DNA of 60,650 bases. Origin: an uncultured virus (IMG/VR IMGVR_UViG_3300034082_002390). Taxonomy: Duplodnaviria; Heunggongvirae; Uroviricota; Caudoviricetes. Positions 1 to 10,077 of this stretch are shown here, in pieces. Both the position numbers and the translations under genes were made by a program. The first letter of the stretch is position 1, and each line of letters opens with the position of its first letter. The stretch is taken from IMG/VR virus record IMGVR_UViG_3300034082_002390; one strand, given 5' to 3'. The notes below the pieces were generated by a model that saw only the letters and a program-made list of their open reading frames with translations, was not told the origin of the DNA and searched no databases.

Positions 1-2120
1 TTTTCATCCTCGTAGAATTGAGGATTGTAGCTGGTGTTTACGCTGATGCCCTGGTCGATATATTTTTGCAAAATTGCCATGATGTTCAAGTAGCCTTCGG
101 GGCTTTTTTGATCCCACAACAACTCGTACTTGTTTTTTAGTCTTCTATACTCTGGCACCACTTGTTTTAACACACCATCCTTGCTTTGTTTGATTGATAC
201 ATAGCTACGGGGAGGCTCGATACCATTGGTACTGTTGCTAATTTGTGCGCTGGTCTCAGCTGGCATCAGAGCCATTAGTGTGCTGTTTCGAATCCCTGTT
301 CGGCGCAATTGTTCGCGGAGACCTTCCCAATCCACACAATCAGTATGCGGTAACAACTCATCAACTTCTTGCTTGTACGTGTCAACTGGCAACACGCCAT
401 CATGATATTTTGTTTCGTTGCTCTTGGGACATGCACCAAATTCTGCTGCCAGGTCAGCACTGGCCTTGATCAAATAATAACTCCAGTGCTGGGCCCAACG
501 ATCTACTTCAGCTAGAGATGCAGGATTGCTGTAACTTAGATCATGCTTGGCCAACCAGTAAGCAAAGTTAATAATACCAACGCCAAGTGGCCTACGTGCT
601 TCGGTGGCCATCTGTGCTGCCAGAATTGGATAATGTTGATAACTCAACAGTGCATCAAGACCGCGCACTGCTAGATTGCAGGCCTTTTGCATGTCCTCGG
701 GATTACGAAACACACCCCAATTCAATGCACTAAGAGTACACAATGCAATTTCACCATCGGTGTCATTGACATCATTTAACGGCTTGGTTGGCAGTGTGAT
801 TTCACAGCAGAGATTGCTCATTTTAACTGGTGCCAAATCAGACTTGAAGCTGCTGTGAGTGTTGGCATGATCAACGTTTTGTAAATATACTCGTCCGGTA
901 TCCTTGCGCTCTTGCATGAAAGTAGTAAACAGATCAATTGCCTTGAGTTTTTTCTTTCTTAGCTTGGTACTGCGTTCAGCTGACTCGTACAATTCACGGA
1001 ATCGATCTTGATCGTTAAAAAATGCTTCGTACATTTCTGGCACATCATGTGGGCTGAACAATGTGATATCTCCACCTGACAGCAAGCGTTCGTACATTAA
1101 CTTGTTGAACTGCACACCGTAATCCATGTGGCGCACACGATTATCTTCTGTACCTTTGTTGTTTTTTAACACCATCAAGTCTTCAACTTCAAGGTGCCAT
1201 ATGGGATAATACATGGTGGCAGCACCGTTACGAACCCCACCCTGACTGCAACTACGAGTGGCGGCTTGGAACATCTTGTAAAAAGGAACCACGCCAGTGT
1301 GATAAGCATCGCCGTTGCGTATGGGACTTCCAAGTGCTCGGATGCGCCCGCCCCCGATGCCAATGCCGGCTTTTTGGCTCACATACTTGACAATGCTAGA
1401 AGTTGTGGCATTGATGCTGTCTAGGCTATCACCAGTTTCAATCAACACACATGAACTGAATTGACGTTGCGGAGTTCGCACACCTGCCATGACTGGAGTT
1501 GGTAAACTGATTTGATGTGTGCTAATTGCATCGTAATAGTCTCTGACGTAGGCCAAGCGGGTGCTGGCTGGATACTTACTGAACAATGTGGCAGCAATCA
1601 ACACATACGCCACTTGTGGGGTTTCGTATATGGTTTTGGTAACACGATTTTGCACCAGGTACTTGCCACGGAATTGTTCCATGGCAGCATAGGTAAGATT
1701 TTCGTCACGTTCGTGGCGTACAAAACTATTGATGCGATCCCACTCGTCTGCTGAGTAAGTGGTCAATAGTTCAGCATCGTAGAACCCACGCTCAACATTG
1801 AGCTTGACCAGTTCATGCAAATGGCATGGAGTGAATGTGTTGTACACTTGTTTGCGTATGTGATAGCAAATCAAGCGGCCAGCAACATACTGATAATTTG
1901 GAGTATCCTCGCTGATTAGATCAGCTGCACTTTTGATCAAGGTCTCTTGAATGTTTGCAGTTGGGATACCATTATAAAATTGCAGTTGGCTTTTGATTTC
2001 AACTTCAGATGCTGATACTCCTGTGATTCCTTGTGTGGCCCAAAATACCACTTTATGTAATTTTTCAATGTTTAATGGCTCGCGATTGCCGTTGCGTTTT
2101 TGTACTTGTGTTTGTGTCAT
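1..2120 (-). CDS. nrdA: Ribonucleoside-diphosphate reductase class Ia alpha subunit, 3' end beyond window
   Basis: Not in the ORF track because it runs off the edge. Hand translation from ATG 2120 gives MTQTQVQKRNGNREPLNIEKLHKV (ATP cone), PTPVMAGVRT..FSSCVL, QGGVRNGAAT, SNLCCEI, CTLSALNWG, GIRNSTLMALMPAETSAQI. Confidence 0.97.
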   Translation of the reverse strand, partial: MTQTQVQKRNGNREPLNIEKLHKVVFWATQGITGVSASEVEIKSQLQFYNGIPTANIQETLIKSAADLISEDTPNYQYVAGRLICYHIRKQVYNTFTPCHLHELVKLNVERGFYDAELLTTYSADEWDRINSFVRHERDENLTYAAMEQFRGKYLVQNRVTKTIYETPQVAYVLIAATLFSKYPASTRLAYVRDYYDAISTHQISLPTPVMAGVRTPQRQFSSCVLIETGDSLDSINATTSSIVKYVSQKAGIGIGGGRIRALGSPIRNGDAYHTGVVPFYKMFQAATRSCSQGGVRNGAATMYYPIWHLEVEDLMVLKNNKGTEDNRVRHMDYGVQFNKLMYERLLSGGDITLFSPHDVPEMYEAFFNDQDRFRELYESAERSTKLRKKKLKAIDLFTTFMQERKDTGRVYLQNVDHANTHSSFKSDLAPVKMSNLCCEITLPTKPLNDVNDTDGEIALCTLSALNWGVFRNPEDMQKACNLAVRGLDALLSYQHYPILAAQMATEARRPLGVGIINFAYWLAKHDLSYSNPASLAEVDRWAQHWSYYLIKASADLAAEFGACPKSNETKYHDGVLPVDTYKQEVDELLPHTDCVDWEGLREQLRRTGIRNSTLMALMPAETSAQISNSTNGIEPPRSYVSIKQSKDGVLKQVVPEYRRLKNKYELLWDQKSPEGYLNIMAILQKYIDQGISVNTSYNPQFYEDE

Positions 2121-2124
2121 TTAT

Positions 2125-2550
2125 TCAGCCTAGATGTTGATGTAAAATTGAACTATCCAGCTGGCGTTGGATGGTGAGTTGTGTGGATTCGATATTTAAC
2201 ACTACCCTGGGTGCCCAATTCATTATATATTTCCCATGTTCAATTAGGACTAAATTATCAGTTTTTGTTTGAACAAGTGATGCGTGTATGTCTGTTAGGT
2301 TGTTAATCATCAACATAGTATACAGCATTCCAAGCCCGCGAGCAAGCTCACAATAGGTGTTGTCGGCCAATAGATCCCAGGGGCCGGGCCAGTTTTTGAC
2401 CTCGTCCCATTTTAAATGTCTAGCAACTATTGGTACGCGAAACCACCAGTCATTGATCACTGCCACTTGAGTTGCAATGTCAGCGGTGGCAAGATTAGTA
2501 CGCAGTTGGTGCCAATCTGCCAACTGTTCTTCAAACGTGTTTGGCCACAT
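2125..2550 (-). CDS. Hypothetical protein
   Basis: 141-aa ORF coupled to the upstream gene (stop/start overlap at 2550). Confidence 0.75.
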   Translation of the reverse strand: MWPNTFEEQLADWHQLRTNLATADIATQVAVINDWWFRVPIVARHLKWDEVKNWPGPWDLLADNTYCELARGLGMLYTMLMINNLTDIHASLVQTKTDNLVLIEHGKYIMNWAPRVVLNIESTQLTIQRQLDSSILHQHLG

Positions 2551-4106
2551 TAGGATAGGTGTGAAATAGAGTAAGTTAAAGTTCCGTCTACACCAGTGTT
2601 AGATGATGTAAACAACACCGATATCTGATTTCCAGCTTGTGTAGCCGACAAAGTGATGCCGGTGCTAGAATTTTCAGTATAGTCGTCGTTGTAATTACCA
2701 CCGTTGCCGGTCACGGTCAAAATACCGTAACGAATATTGCTGTCGCGTTGAATAGAGTACTGCATTTGAAACGCCTTGGTATACAATTGATTAACAGATA
2801 AAATAGTCTGATTGACCACGTTGTTGACCAATGTGACTGTTTTACCTGTTTCTCTAGTGTATGCTCCCATCTGCAACTGAGTGCCACCCGACATGGTCTG
2901 CCCAGCTGTAATAATTTCTATTCGGGGGATTGTGTAGGCATCTGCATCTGATCTAGTGAACAAGTCATGCACCGACACATTGTTGTCATTGTTAAAGGTA
3001 ATAACCGGTGATATTGGACCAGTGTTGCTGATACCAAAGCCTACATTGTTAAACGCATTATACGCCGACACGTTGAGATTGATATCTCCATATGAAATTG
3101 CTTCTGCGTAGATATTGTCAAACACATTGTGTAGTGCACGGAAGTTGCTGGGGTTGACGTCTAGTACAATGCCTTGATATAATATGTTAAACAAACTGTT
3201 GGACACAGTGATTCCGTACATGCCTGCGGTGGTGTTAAATGCATAAGTGGTATTAGTAAATCCGCATTTGTCAAATGTAATGTCAGTACAGGTTAACACT
3301 CCGTCGCTGGCGAATCTCACCGCAGCATTGTTTGGTAATGGGGTAATTCCTGAGTTCTCAACGTCTGTCAAGGACAAGGCACCAACAAAATACACACTGT
3401 CAAACCAACACTGCGATGCGCGATCAACTAGGAAAACATCAGTTGATTCAGCTGATTGAAAAGTCATTGAATTTATCTCAATGTGCTTTGGCGGCGTTGC
3501 TCCGTTGGTGCCAATGTTTACCCCAGTCTGTTGTAAACTATCACCATACTGTGCCACATACGCAGGTACACTGCTGTCTTGTGTGTCTAAATAAATGATT
3601 GAACAGTCGGCGCCTTCACCAATTAGTTTGGCATAGGTAGGAATTACAATGGGTGAACTGGTTCTATAAGTACCGGCTGGGAAAAACAAACTTCGACGAA
3701 TCTGCGTATTGGTCTCTCGGCAATACAATTGAAACAAGGCTCGGTTGATTGCCGCAGTGTCATCAGCTAGTCCGTCACCAATAGCACCAAAATCTCGCAC
3801 ACTAGCATAGTCATCCAGCGTGGCTTGTAGTGTACGCACAATCGGGCTTGATGGTGACTCGCCGGTTTGAGCCTCGTATCCCACTGCTATGTCTTTGTAG
3901 GTGTAATTGGTGAGAACTGTGATGTCTGAGAATTCAGTCAGTACCTCGGTGTTGCCAATAACCGGGGCACCATCTTGTAAGGTACCGTTACCAATGAATA
4001 GCTGGCGTGTGTCTAGGCACCAGCCCAATTCAGCGCCGGCCAACTGCGGCAGGTCTTCGGAGTACCCTTTTCTTTGCGTAATCTGGGAGATTTGTACTAT
4101 AGCCAC
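2550..4106 (-). CDS. Tail spike/fibre protein: N-terminal virion anchor plus pectate-lyase-like beta-helix
   Basis: N-terminal LPQLAGAELGWCLDTRQLFIGNG (Mtd-N-like); ASVRDFGAIGDGLADDTAAINRA and FFPAGTY (Pectate_lyase_3 signature); GTG start with GAGGA SD and TAAATA upstream. Confidence 0.8.
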   Translation of the reverse strand: MAIVQISQITQRKGYSEDLPQLAGAELGWCLDTRQLFIGNGTLQDGAPVIGNTEVLTEFSDITVLTNYTYKDIAVGYEAQTGESPSSPIVRTLQATLDDYASVRDFGAIGDGLADDTAAINRALFQLYCRETNTQIRRSLFFPAGTYRTSSPIVIPTYAKLIGEGADCSIIYLDTQDSSVPAYVAQYGDSLQQTGVNIGTNGATPPKHIEINSMTFQSAESTDVFLVDRASQCWFDSVYFVGALSLTDVENSGITPLPNNAAVRFASDGVLTCTDITFDKCGFTNTTYAFNTTAGMYGITVSNSLFNILYQGIVLDVNPSNFRALHNVFDNIYAEAISYGDINLNVSAYNAFNNVGFGISNTGPISPVITFNNDNNVSVHDLFTRSDADAYTIPRIEIITAGQTMSGGTQLQMGAYTRETGKTVTLVNNVVNQTILSVNQLYTKAFQMQYSIQRDSNIRYGILTVTGNGGNYNDDYTENSSTGITLSATQAGNQISVLFTSSNTGVDGTLTYSISHLS

Positions 4107-4131
4107 TTGGAATTCCTCTATTTGTCAGTAT

Positions 4132-4842
4132 TTAGCTGACCAAGTAATACATTTCAACCCGTTTGAGCCACTCGTTATGCCAGTGTGCAAATTCATCGTC
4201 TTTGATCACATACTCTGTATACACAGGTTTATCCAGTGATCCGTCGGGTAACTCAGCTGGCTGCATGGCCATCATGATCACCCCTGTTTTTATGTCTGTG
4301 CCATGAGTGTGATTGTGTGCGGCTGCATAGGCTGCAAGTTGAATAAAATAGTCGTCAATCCACTCACGTTTTTTGGGCTTGTTTGTTTGCTTAAAATCAA
4401 TAATTGCAGGTTGCCCTTTCCAAATACCAAGGCAGTCTGTTGTGCCAGCGTAAAGCCCACTGTAGTACACAGGAACTTCTACTCCCCAAAATTCATCCAC
4501 ATTGCACAAGCCTTGTAGAATAACTTCTGCGGCCATGAACCAACTGGGATGAGCAAAGGGATTACCAGGCAAGGGCTTCATATCTGTTTGCAATGCATAG
4601 TGCTCAAGATAAGCATGCATTCGTGTGCCTCGGCTGGCTGCTTCTGTGGTAATTTCTTGCGCCTTGACTTCGCCTACTCTCTTTTTCCAGTTAGCAAGAG
4701 CTTGACGTTTTTCCTCAGGCTTGGTGCGATCTAGGATGGTAGTAACGCTGGGCACTTTAGAACCGTCAGGCAAACAATAGTGTCGCTTTCCTTCAACAGT
4801 TGTTCGATTAAGCGGTGCATAGTTATATCTTGTGTTGATCAT
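4132..4842 (-). CDS. PD-(D/E)XK exonuclease
   Basis: PSVTTIL, RGTRMH, YAGTTDC, IIDFKQ, YFIQLAAYA motifs. Confidence 0.85.
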   Translation of the reverse strand: MINTRYNYAPLNRTTVEGKRHYCLPDGSKVPSVTTILDRTKPEEKRQALANWKKRVGEVKAQEITTEAASRGTRMHAYLEHYALQTDMKPLPGNPFAHPSWFMAAEVILQGLCNVDEFWGVEVPVYYSGLYAGTTDCLGIWKGQPAIIDFKQTNKPKKREWIDDYFIQLAAYAAAHNHTHGTDIKTGVIMMAMQPAELPDGSLDKPVYTEYVIKDDEFAHWHNEWLKRVEMYYLVS

Positions 4843-5521
4843 ATTTTTTTAAAAAAGTTCTGGCCATTTCAGCATGCCATTGTGGTCCCGGGTGGTCGTC
4901 TCGTCCTTGGTCATGAATGCTCATGTCAAAGTCATGTATGTTGTGTTCGTAGACTGTGTAATTATTAACTGTGGCAAGTAGTCCTACCATGGCACGATTT
5001 CTCTGTCGTATGTTATTAAAATTTTCATCTGTTAACATTGTTGGAGTGTATCCATTTTGCACATGTGGATACACTGTTGCTATTTTTAATTCTTGATATT
5101 GTTCGTACCTGTAGATATCTGTCCATAGCACAAATACAATGCTGGGAGTGATTACTCCACTGATATTGTATAATGTGCGAGCAACTGCATCACCTGAGCT
5201 TCCGCCAACCCCAAAATTATAAACTACGTGTTGTGGGAAATTCTTTTCAATCTGTGCAACCCAACTGTCTTCGTAGTTTATTCCTATTGCTTCAGTAAAG
5301 CTACATCCTATGCAAATAATACTTGGAATTGAATTGGTTAGGTCAAACTCTCTAGTACGATATCCATAGCTGTTGTATTTGTAAACAATGGAGGTTTTGG
5401 TGTATCCAGGCTTGGGAGATTTTTTAAAGTTTTCCTCAGTATCAGTTCCAGACCAAAACAAAGTGGCACCGCACCTAGAAGATATTTTGGGTATATATCC
5501 GCGTTGCCAGTAATTGTTCAT
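4823..5521 (-). CDS. SGNH/GDSL-hydrolase-like protein
   Basis: GCSFTEAIG block I, NFGVGGSS, C-terminal DHPG..H; start set at 5521 from ATGA overlap with iscA stop. Confidence 0.55.
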   Translation of the reverse strand: MNNYWQRGYIPKISSRCGATLFWSGTDTEENFKKSPKPGYTKTSIVYKYNSYGYRTREFDLTNSIPSIICIGCSFTEAIGINYEDSWVAQIEKNFPQHVVYNFGVGGSSGDAVARTLYNISGVITPSIVFVLWTDIYRYEQYQELKIATVYPHVQNGYTPTMLTDENFNNIRQRNRAMVGLLATVNNYTVYEHNIHDFDMSIHDQGRDDHPGPQWHAEMARTFLKKYDQHKI

Positions 5522-5844
5522 TTCACTCGAAAACTTTCTCCACAGCCACAACGGTCACGTTCATTTGGATTGCTAAATTCAAATCCCTCATTTAGTCCGT
5601 TGCGCACAAAATCAATAACTGTTCCGTCAAGATACGGCTTGTTTTTGGGATCTATAAAAATTCTCACACCATTGCTGTCATAATGTTGAACACAGTGCAA
5701 ATGAGGATTGTCCACGTATTCCAACACATAGGCAAGGCCCGAACAACCAGTAGTGCGGACGCCAACTTGTATGCCCAGGCCTGATCCACGCTTGGCCAAA
5801 GATGTTTTAATTTTGCAAGCTGCCTTGTCAGTTATTGAAATCAT
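5518..5844 (-). CDS. iscA: Fe-S cluster assembly A-type carrier IscA
   Basis: TTGCSGLAY, F.NPN, CGCGESF motifs. Confidence 0.95.
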   Translation of the reverse strand: MISITDKAACKIKTSLAKRGSGLGIQVGVRTTGCSGLAYVLEYVDNPHLHCVQHYDSNGVRIFIDPKNKPYLDGTVIDFVRNGLNEGFEFSNPNERDRCGCGESFRVK

Positions 5845-6221
5845 CAGTGTTTGCTTCTGTAATCGGCCACTGCGGCCTTGATAGCATCTTCTGCTAGAAT
5901 ACTACAATGTATCTTGACTGGGGGAAGGGCTAGTTCTTCGGCGATTTGGGAATTTTTGATTGATCCTGCTTCGTCGAGTGTTTTTCCTTTGACCCATTCT
6001 GTAACGAGGCTTGAGCTCGCGATAGCCGATCCGCAGCCATACGTTTTAAATTTTGCATCTGTAATAACACCTGTAACATGGTCAACCTTTATCTGTAGTT
6101 TCATTACATCACCGCAAGCAGGTGCACCAACCATGCCAGTGCCCACAGTATCATCAATATCCATTTTGCCCACATTGCGTGGGTTTTCGTAATGATCAAC
6201 TACTTTTTCACTGTAAGCCAT
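5844..6221 (-). CDS. iscU: Fe-S cluster scaffold IscU
   Basis: YSEKVVDHYENPRNVG, GAPACGDVMKLQI, FKTYGCGSAIASSS, LPPVKIHCSILAEDA. Confidence 0.97.
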   Translation of the reverse strand: MAYSEKVVDHYENPRNVGKMDIDDTVGTGMVGAPACGDVMKLQIKVDHVTGVITDAKFKTYGCGSAIASSSLVTEWVKGKTLDEAGSIKNSQIAEELALPPVKIHCSILAEDAIKAAVADYRSKH

Positions 6222-6236
6222 TGTGCTCTCCTGTTA

Positions 6237-6641
6237 TTAGTTACTGTTAAATGTTTGAGTAAACATTCGTCCGCGATAGTTAAATGTAACTATTTCACCT
6301 TGTTGAATTTGAACAGGAGTAAATCGGCACACTTGTCTTTGTTCTATTCTATTTGAATCTCGCCCAACTTCATTGCCAATGGCGCCGCCTATCAATGCTC
6401 CAATCACAGTGCCTGCCACTTGATCATTTCGATTGCTACCAAGTGTGCTGCCTAGCAATCCTCCAGCCACGGCTCCAATGGTACCAGAGCCTGTGTTGCT
6501 TTCGCGATAAAATTCCTGAACATGACATTGTTGTTGTTGCACAGTGACAAATCTTGGTTGCACGTTTACCACATAGACATCTTGTGCTGTTGCCAGTGAT
6601 GCAGATACCAATAATGACAATGCTAAAAGTATTTTTTTCAT
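6237..6641 (-). CDS. Exported glycine-zipper 2TM protein
   Basis: Signal peptide MKKILLALSLLVSASLATA; GAVAGGLLGSTLG and GALIGGAIGNEVG. Confidence 0.8.
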   Translation of the reverse strand: MKKILLALSLLVSASLATAQDVYVVNVQPRFVTVQQQQCHVQEFYRESNTGSGTIGAVAGGLLGSTLGSNRNDQVAGTVIGALIGGAIGNEVGRDSNRIEQRQVCRFTPVQIQQGEIVTFNYRGRMFTQTFNSN

Positions 6642-6671
6642 AACGTTTCCTTTAAAAGGCTGCTAGCTACA

Positions 6672-6700
6672 AGTATACTACCTGCCGACTACAAAGTCAA
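6672..6700 (-). promoter_or_regulatory. sigma70-type promoter for the glycine-zipper/iscU/iscA operon
   Basis: TTGACT-17 nt-TATACT on the minus strand. Confidence 0.7.
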
Positions 6701-6732
6701 CCATCTTGGGCGACAATCAGTATGTGTATTTA

Positions 6733-7680
6733 CTACTTGGGTCGTTTGGATTTTTGTACTGGGTGAATCATTATTGATTTGCCAGCAACTGGGCAAAATT
6801 TGCATTGAGGTATTACGTTATCAATGTTGGCCAAAAACTCACGCCCAGACTGGTCAAATTCATCAATGGTAAGGGGCCGGTAGCTGTGTAACAATTCCCG
6901 GTCCGAATCTGACAATGTTAGTTTGTGTTGAAGGTCAAATTCTGGCATCAGTGCCACTGGGCCGCATTTGTACAACGCACCGCGTATGAAATGATAATTT
7001 TTGTTCGTAGCAAACCCACATCCGTCATGTGCCTGAATTGGGTTGTTGTTGCAAACTGAATAACTACCGTCAGGATGTTTGGTTATTGCACTTGGCAAAA
7101 ACTCATTCTGAATCCAGACTGGAATTCTAATCTTATTCTCATTATCTACGTAACAGTAGTCGGCATTGAAGGGATTTAAATCACGCCCAATAAGAACCTC
7201 AGCCCGACCTTGCAGAAATTGTCTAATTATTTTATCAATGTCGTCAAATTCTGCCATGTTGTGTAAACTGACACCTAGCCAGTTGCCCATGGTGTGATTG
7301 GATCGAGTGTGTAGGTTACGCACTGCTGAATACTCACTTTTGTTTTTTAAAAACAATTGATATAACCCACTGACATGATTGAGACGATACCCGTTTGTTA
7401 ATATTTGTACGTTGCAATCCCAAATAGCATTGATTCCAGTTACCCACTTGATTAGAGATGGGTTTAGCAAAGGCTCGCCACCGAGTATGACTATTTGCTC
7501 AGGTTTGATTTTGGTGGCCCATTTAGAGTAAGTCTCAGCATAGTCATCCCAGTTTTGCCAACCTTTGAAATCAAAGTCGTTGAAACGATTACAACTTGGA
7601 CAAGCCAAGTTGCAAACATTTGTGATATAAAATTCTAATTTGGGTATTATTACCCGGTCTGCGTCAAGATTTAGCTGCAC
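6733..7680 (-). CDS. Radical SAM protein
   Basis: CNLACPSC (CxxxCxxC), GGEPLL, TNG, C-terminal Cys cluster (CGF, CGP, CKFCP). Confidence 0.88.
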   Translation of the reverse strand: MQLNLDADRVIIPKLEFYITNVCNLACPSCNRFNDFDFKGWQNWDDYAETYSKWATKIKPEQIVILGGEPLLNPSLIKWVTGINAIWDCNVQILTNGYRLNHVSGLYQLFLKNKSEYSAVRNLHTRSNHTMGNWLGVSLHNMAEFDDIDKIIRQFLQGRAEVLIGRDLNPFNADYCYVDNENKIRIPVWIQNEFLPSAITKHPDGSYSVCNNNPIQAHDGCGFATNKNYHFIRGALYKCGPVALMPEFDLQHKLTLSDSDRELLHSYRPLTIDEFDQSGREFLANIDNVIPQCKFCPVAGKSIMIHPVQKSKRPK

Positions 7681-7996
7681 GTTTGGCCATCTTATCTACC
7701 GTGGCCCGGGCTTGGTCAACACTCATGTCAGAATCGTCAACCTCGGGTTCGGCACCACGAAACTGTATTTCATTTGGTTCAACATTGGCTATCACCCCAC
7801 TCAGCGGAGGTTGTTGGCTCAATGTCATCAGTTGCTGACGTGATAAACTAATACCCATGCCGTGAGCCAATTGAATAAATGCATCAGTTGAAATTGTTTT
7901 GGGGGCATCTGAATCAGATGCTCTTCCTAGCAAAAATTCAGCTAATGCAGCCAGTCTGGCAGAATCAACAGGGGCTGTTAGTTCATCTATTCGCAT
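7664..7996 (-). CDS. Hypothetical protein, possible head protein
   Basis: 110 aa, N-terminal MRIDEL; coupled to the upstream gene. Confidence 0.7.
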   Translation of the reverse strand: MRIDELTAPVDSARLAALAEFLLGRASDSDAPKTISTDAFIQLAHGMGISLSRQQLMTLSQQPPLSGVIANVEPNEIQFRGAEPEVDDSDMSVDQARATVDKMAKRAAKS

Positions 7997-8832
7997 TATC
8001 GGCGCTCACGACCTAGTGACGATTTAACTTCGGTGTTGTCATCAGGTTCAGGCTCAACATCAACATCAACTTCTGCGTCAATTTCTGCATCAGGGGCTGC
8101 CATAGGATCCAATGCAGAAAAATCAGTATCTCCCGCGGCGTCATCCTCACCAGGTACAATTGGAGCTGTACCAGTAATTGATGCTTGAGCTGCTTCAAGT
8201 TGTGTTTTGCCTTGCTGTACTGCGCTGAGCAATGTACTAAGTGCCGCACTTGCTTGTGCTTGGAATGCAGTGGCCTGTTCAGTGCCCATGTCGTTTTTGA
8301 TACTATCAGTCAATGCTGGCAAGTCTTTAAACTGCATTTCAGAAATTTCTTCAGTCATTTTTTGCACACGATCCAACATGTCCTGACTGGCCAAAACAAC
8401 TTGTGCAGTTTGAATTTCGCTTTCCTTGACCATGCGCTTTGTTTTTGCGCCTTCCTTTTTCATGAGAGCAATTGCAGTCATGGTTTTTTGCTCTTCAGGA
8501 TTTAGCGTTTGACCATTGCTGGCTTTTTGTATAGTCTGCTTGGTCTTGGCATCGTTGACATCAATTGCCATTGGTGCTTCTCCCACTTCAGCTAGATGAC
8601 TTTGCAGAGCTTGCTCCATCATGATTAGCTTTAGGTAGCTAGGATCTTGTTGACTTTGATAAAAGTCCGGAGTAGATCTGGCTTCTTTCACCAGTGAACG
8701 TACACGGCGCAACATGTGTTGTGCCTGCATAGGGTTCATAGATTCGACCGCCAGGCGTTTACCTAGGTGTGTTTCGAATACTTTGGCGATTGTCTTTGTT
8801 TGACGCAGGGCGCCTAGTTCGTTCAATTTCAT
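7996..8832 (-). CDS. Hypothetical coiled-coil protein, possible prohead core/scaffold
   Basis: 278 aa, MKLNEL start, LAE/VKE sites, acidic C-terminus. Confidence 0.7.
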   Translation of the reverse strand: MKLNELGALRQTKTIAKVFETHLGKRLAVESMNPMQAQHMLRRVRSLVKEARSTPDFYQSQQDPSYLKLIMMEQALQSHLAEVGEAPMAIDVNDAKTKQTIQKASNGQTLNPEEQKTMTAIALMKKEGAKTKRMVKESEIQTAQVVLASQDMLDRVQKMTEEISEMQFKDLPALTDSIKNDMGTEQATAFQAQASAALSTLLSAVQQGKTQLEAAQASITGTAPIVPGEDDAAGDTDFSALDPMAAPDAEIDAEVDVDVEPEPDDNTEVKSSLGRERR

Positions 8833-9286
8833 CGTTAAATCCTCTTATTTGCCAATATTTAGCCAAATCGGCACATTTGTCTAGTCCGATTTCAACTGTC
8901 TTTAAAAGCCCTTTTTTAGCTTCTAATTTGGTTAGTGCAGTTTCGCGTATTTCTGGATTACGAAACGTTTTTGTTAACTGGGAAGAAAAACTCACATCGT
9001 CTCTGAGACGGCGGCGTTTAGTGTCTAGCAGAGTGATTTCATCTGCTAGACGATGTTGTCTATATTTGTCTGCAATGCACCAGCTCAGGGCTGTTCTGAT
9101 ATTGTTAAAACACAGTGTCTCACCGTGACGTTTTTTAACTTCAACTGTGTCGATATTTTTAATAATAGTATATCGATCAAAGACTTCGTATCCTTGACCA
9201 GTGTTGATAATCATGTTGTTCTTGGCCAACTCATAGTCGGCAGACAAAAGCTGTTCTAGGCGGTTGAATGTTGTCTGAGTGATCAT
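8759..9286 (-). CDS. Hypothetical protein
   Basis: 175-aa ORF in the minus-strand gene array. Confidence 0.7.
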   Translation of the reverse strand: MITQTTFNRLEQLLSADYELAKNNMIINTGQGYEVFDRYTIIKNIDTVEVKKRHGETLCFNNIRTALSWCIADKYRQHRLADEITLLDTKRRRLRDDVSFSSQLTKTFRNPEIRETALTKLEAKKGLLKTVEIGLDKCADLAKYWQIRGFNDEIERTRRPASNKDNRQSIRNTPR

Positions 9287-9294
9287 TGGTGTGA

Positions 9295-9558
9295 TTATTT
9301 AAACACGTACTGGGTCAACAGATATGAACATGCTGCAACCAAAATGCCAATGATACCAACTCCCCAGGTAACAACACGATCATTGTTTTTAGATGCCATT
9401 GCTTCAACTGTATGTTGTACTGACGATATAGACGCTACCAAACTTGAAATTTTTCCTTCAAGAGACTCTAGTTTTTCTTCAATAAACCGATACCTCTCGG
9501 CACAGAGCTCAACATGGGCTTCAAGGTTTTTCTTCTCTATTTCTGTAGCATCAGACAT
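9295..9558 (-). CDS. Coiled-coil protein with C-terminal transmembrane helix
   Basis: Heptad region followed by VVTWGVGIIGILVAACSYLL; TAAATA upstream at 9574-9579. Confidence 0.7.
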   Translation of the reverse strand: MSDATEIEKKNLEAHVELCAERYRFIEEKLESLEGKISSLVASISSVQHTVEAMASKNNDRVVTWGVGIIGILVAACSYLLTQYVFK

Positions 9559-9572
9559 ACAAATCCTTTTTT

Positions 9573-10010
9573 TTATTTAGCGGGATTACACCAGAACCAT
9601 ATATTCGGATTGACACCGTCGGGTACTAGAGTAGAGACAATTTGACTAGATTCTGTTAGATCCAGAATCATAGGAACATCACGGCAGTCTTGAATCAGTG
9701 CGCCCACTGGATTGTCTGCTAATGTAATGGTTTCAATTGATTCAATAACAAAATCAAATTGCCAGTATTGTGTGGTATCGTGCGTGACAATCACCGGATT
9801 TGTTATGTCATCTGGTAACACTCGCAACGAGATCAATTGGTTTAATGTTTCCCAATTTCGTTGTTGATTTCTAGCATGATGCCAGTCATCGATATTGCTG
9901 ATGGTGGTTCCGCTATCATCAACAAAGGGTATGCGTGAACTTTTGTAGTGACTTCTCACCCCGGTTGCGGTGATGTCAAAAAGTGTTTTGCATTTTATTT
10001 GATGGGCCAT
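9573..10010 (-). CDS. Hypothetical late protein
   Basis: 145 aa; TAAATA 6 nt before the ATG. Confidence 0.7.
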   Translation of the reverse strand: MAHQIKCKTLFDITATGVRSHYKSSRIPFVDDSGTTISNIDDWHHARNQQRNWETLNQLISLRVLPDDITNPVIVTHDTTQYWQFDFVIESIETITLADNPVGALIQDCRDVPMILDLTESSQIVSTLVPDGVNPNIWFWCNPAK

Positions 10011-10031
10011 GGCCTGTATTTAACGGCCAAG

Positions 10032-10061
10032 AAAAACCCTGGAATTAATCCAGGGTTTTTT
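10032..10061 (-). terminator. Intrinsic terminator, potentially bidirectional
   Basis: AAAAACCCTGGA-attaa-TCCAGGGTTTTT perfect inverted repeat downstream of 10078..10542. Confidence 0.85.
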
Positions 10062-10077
10062 ATCAATTTAGAATTGA

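Noticed and set aside
1..2120. Small ORFs in the track at 245-1754 and a possible nrdA frameshift
   Set aside because: nrdA read in one continuous frame wherever checked by hand; the small ORFs are shadows, and the gene is missing from the track only because it lacks a stop in the window
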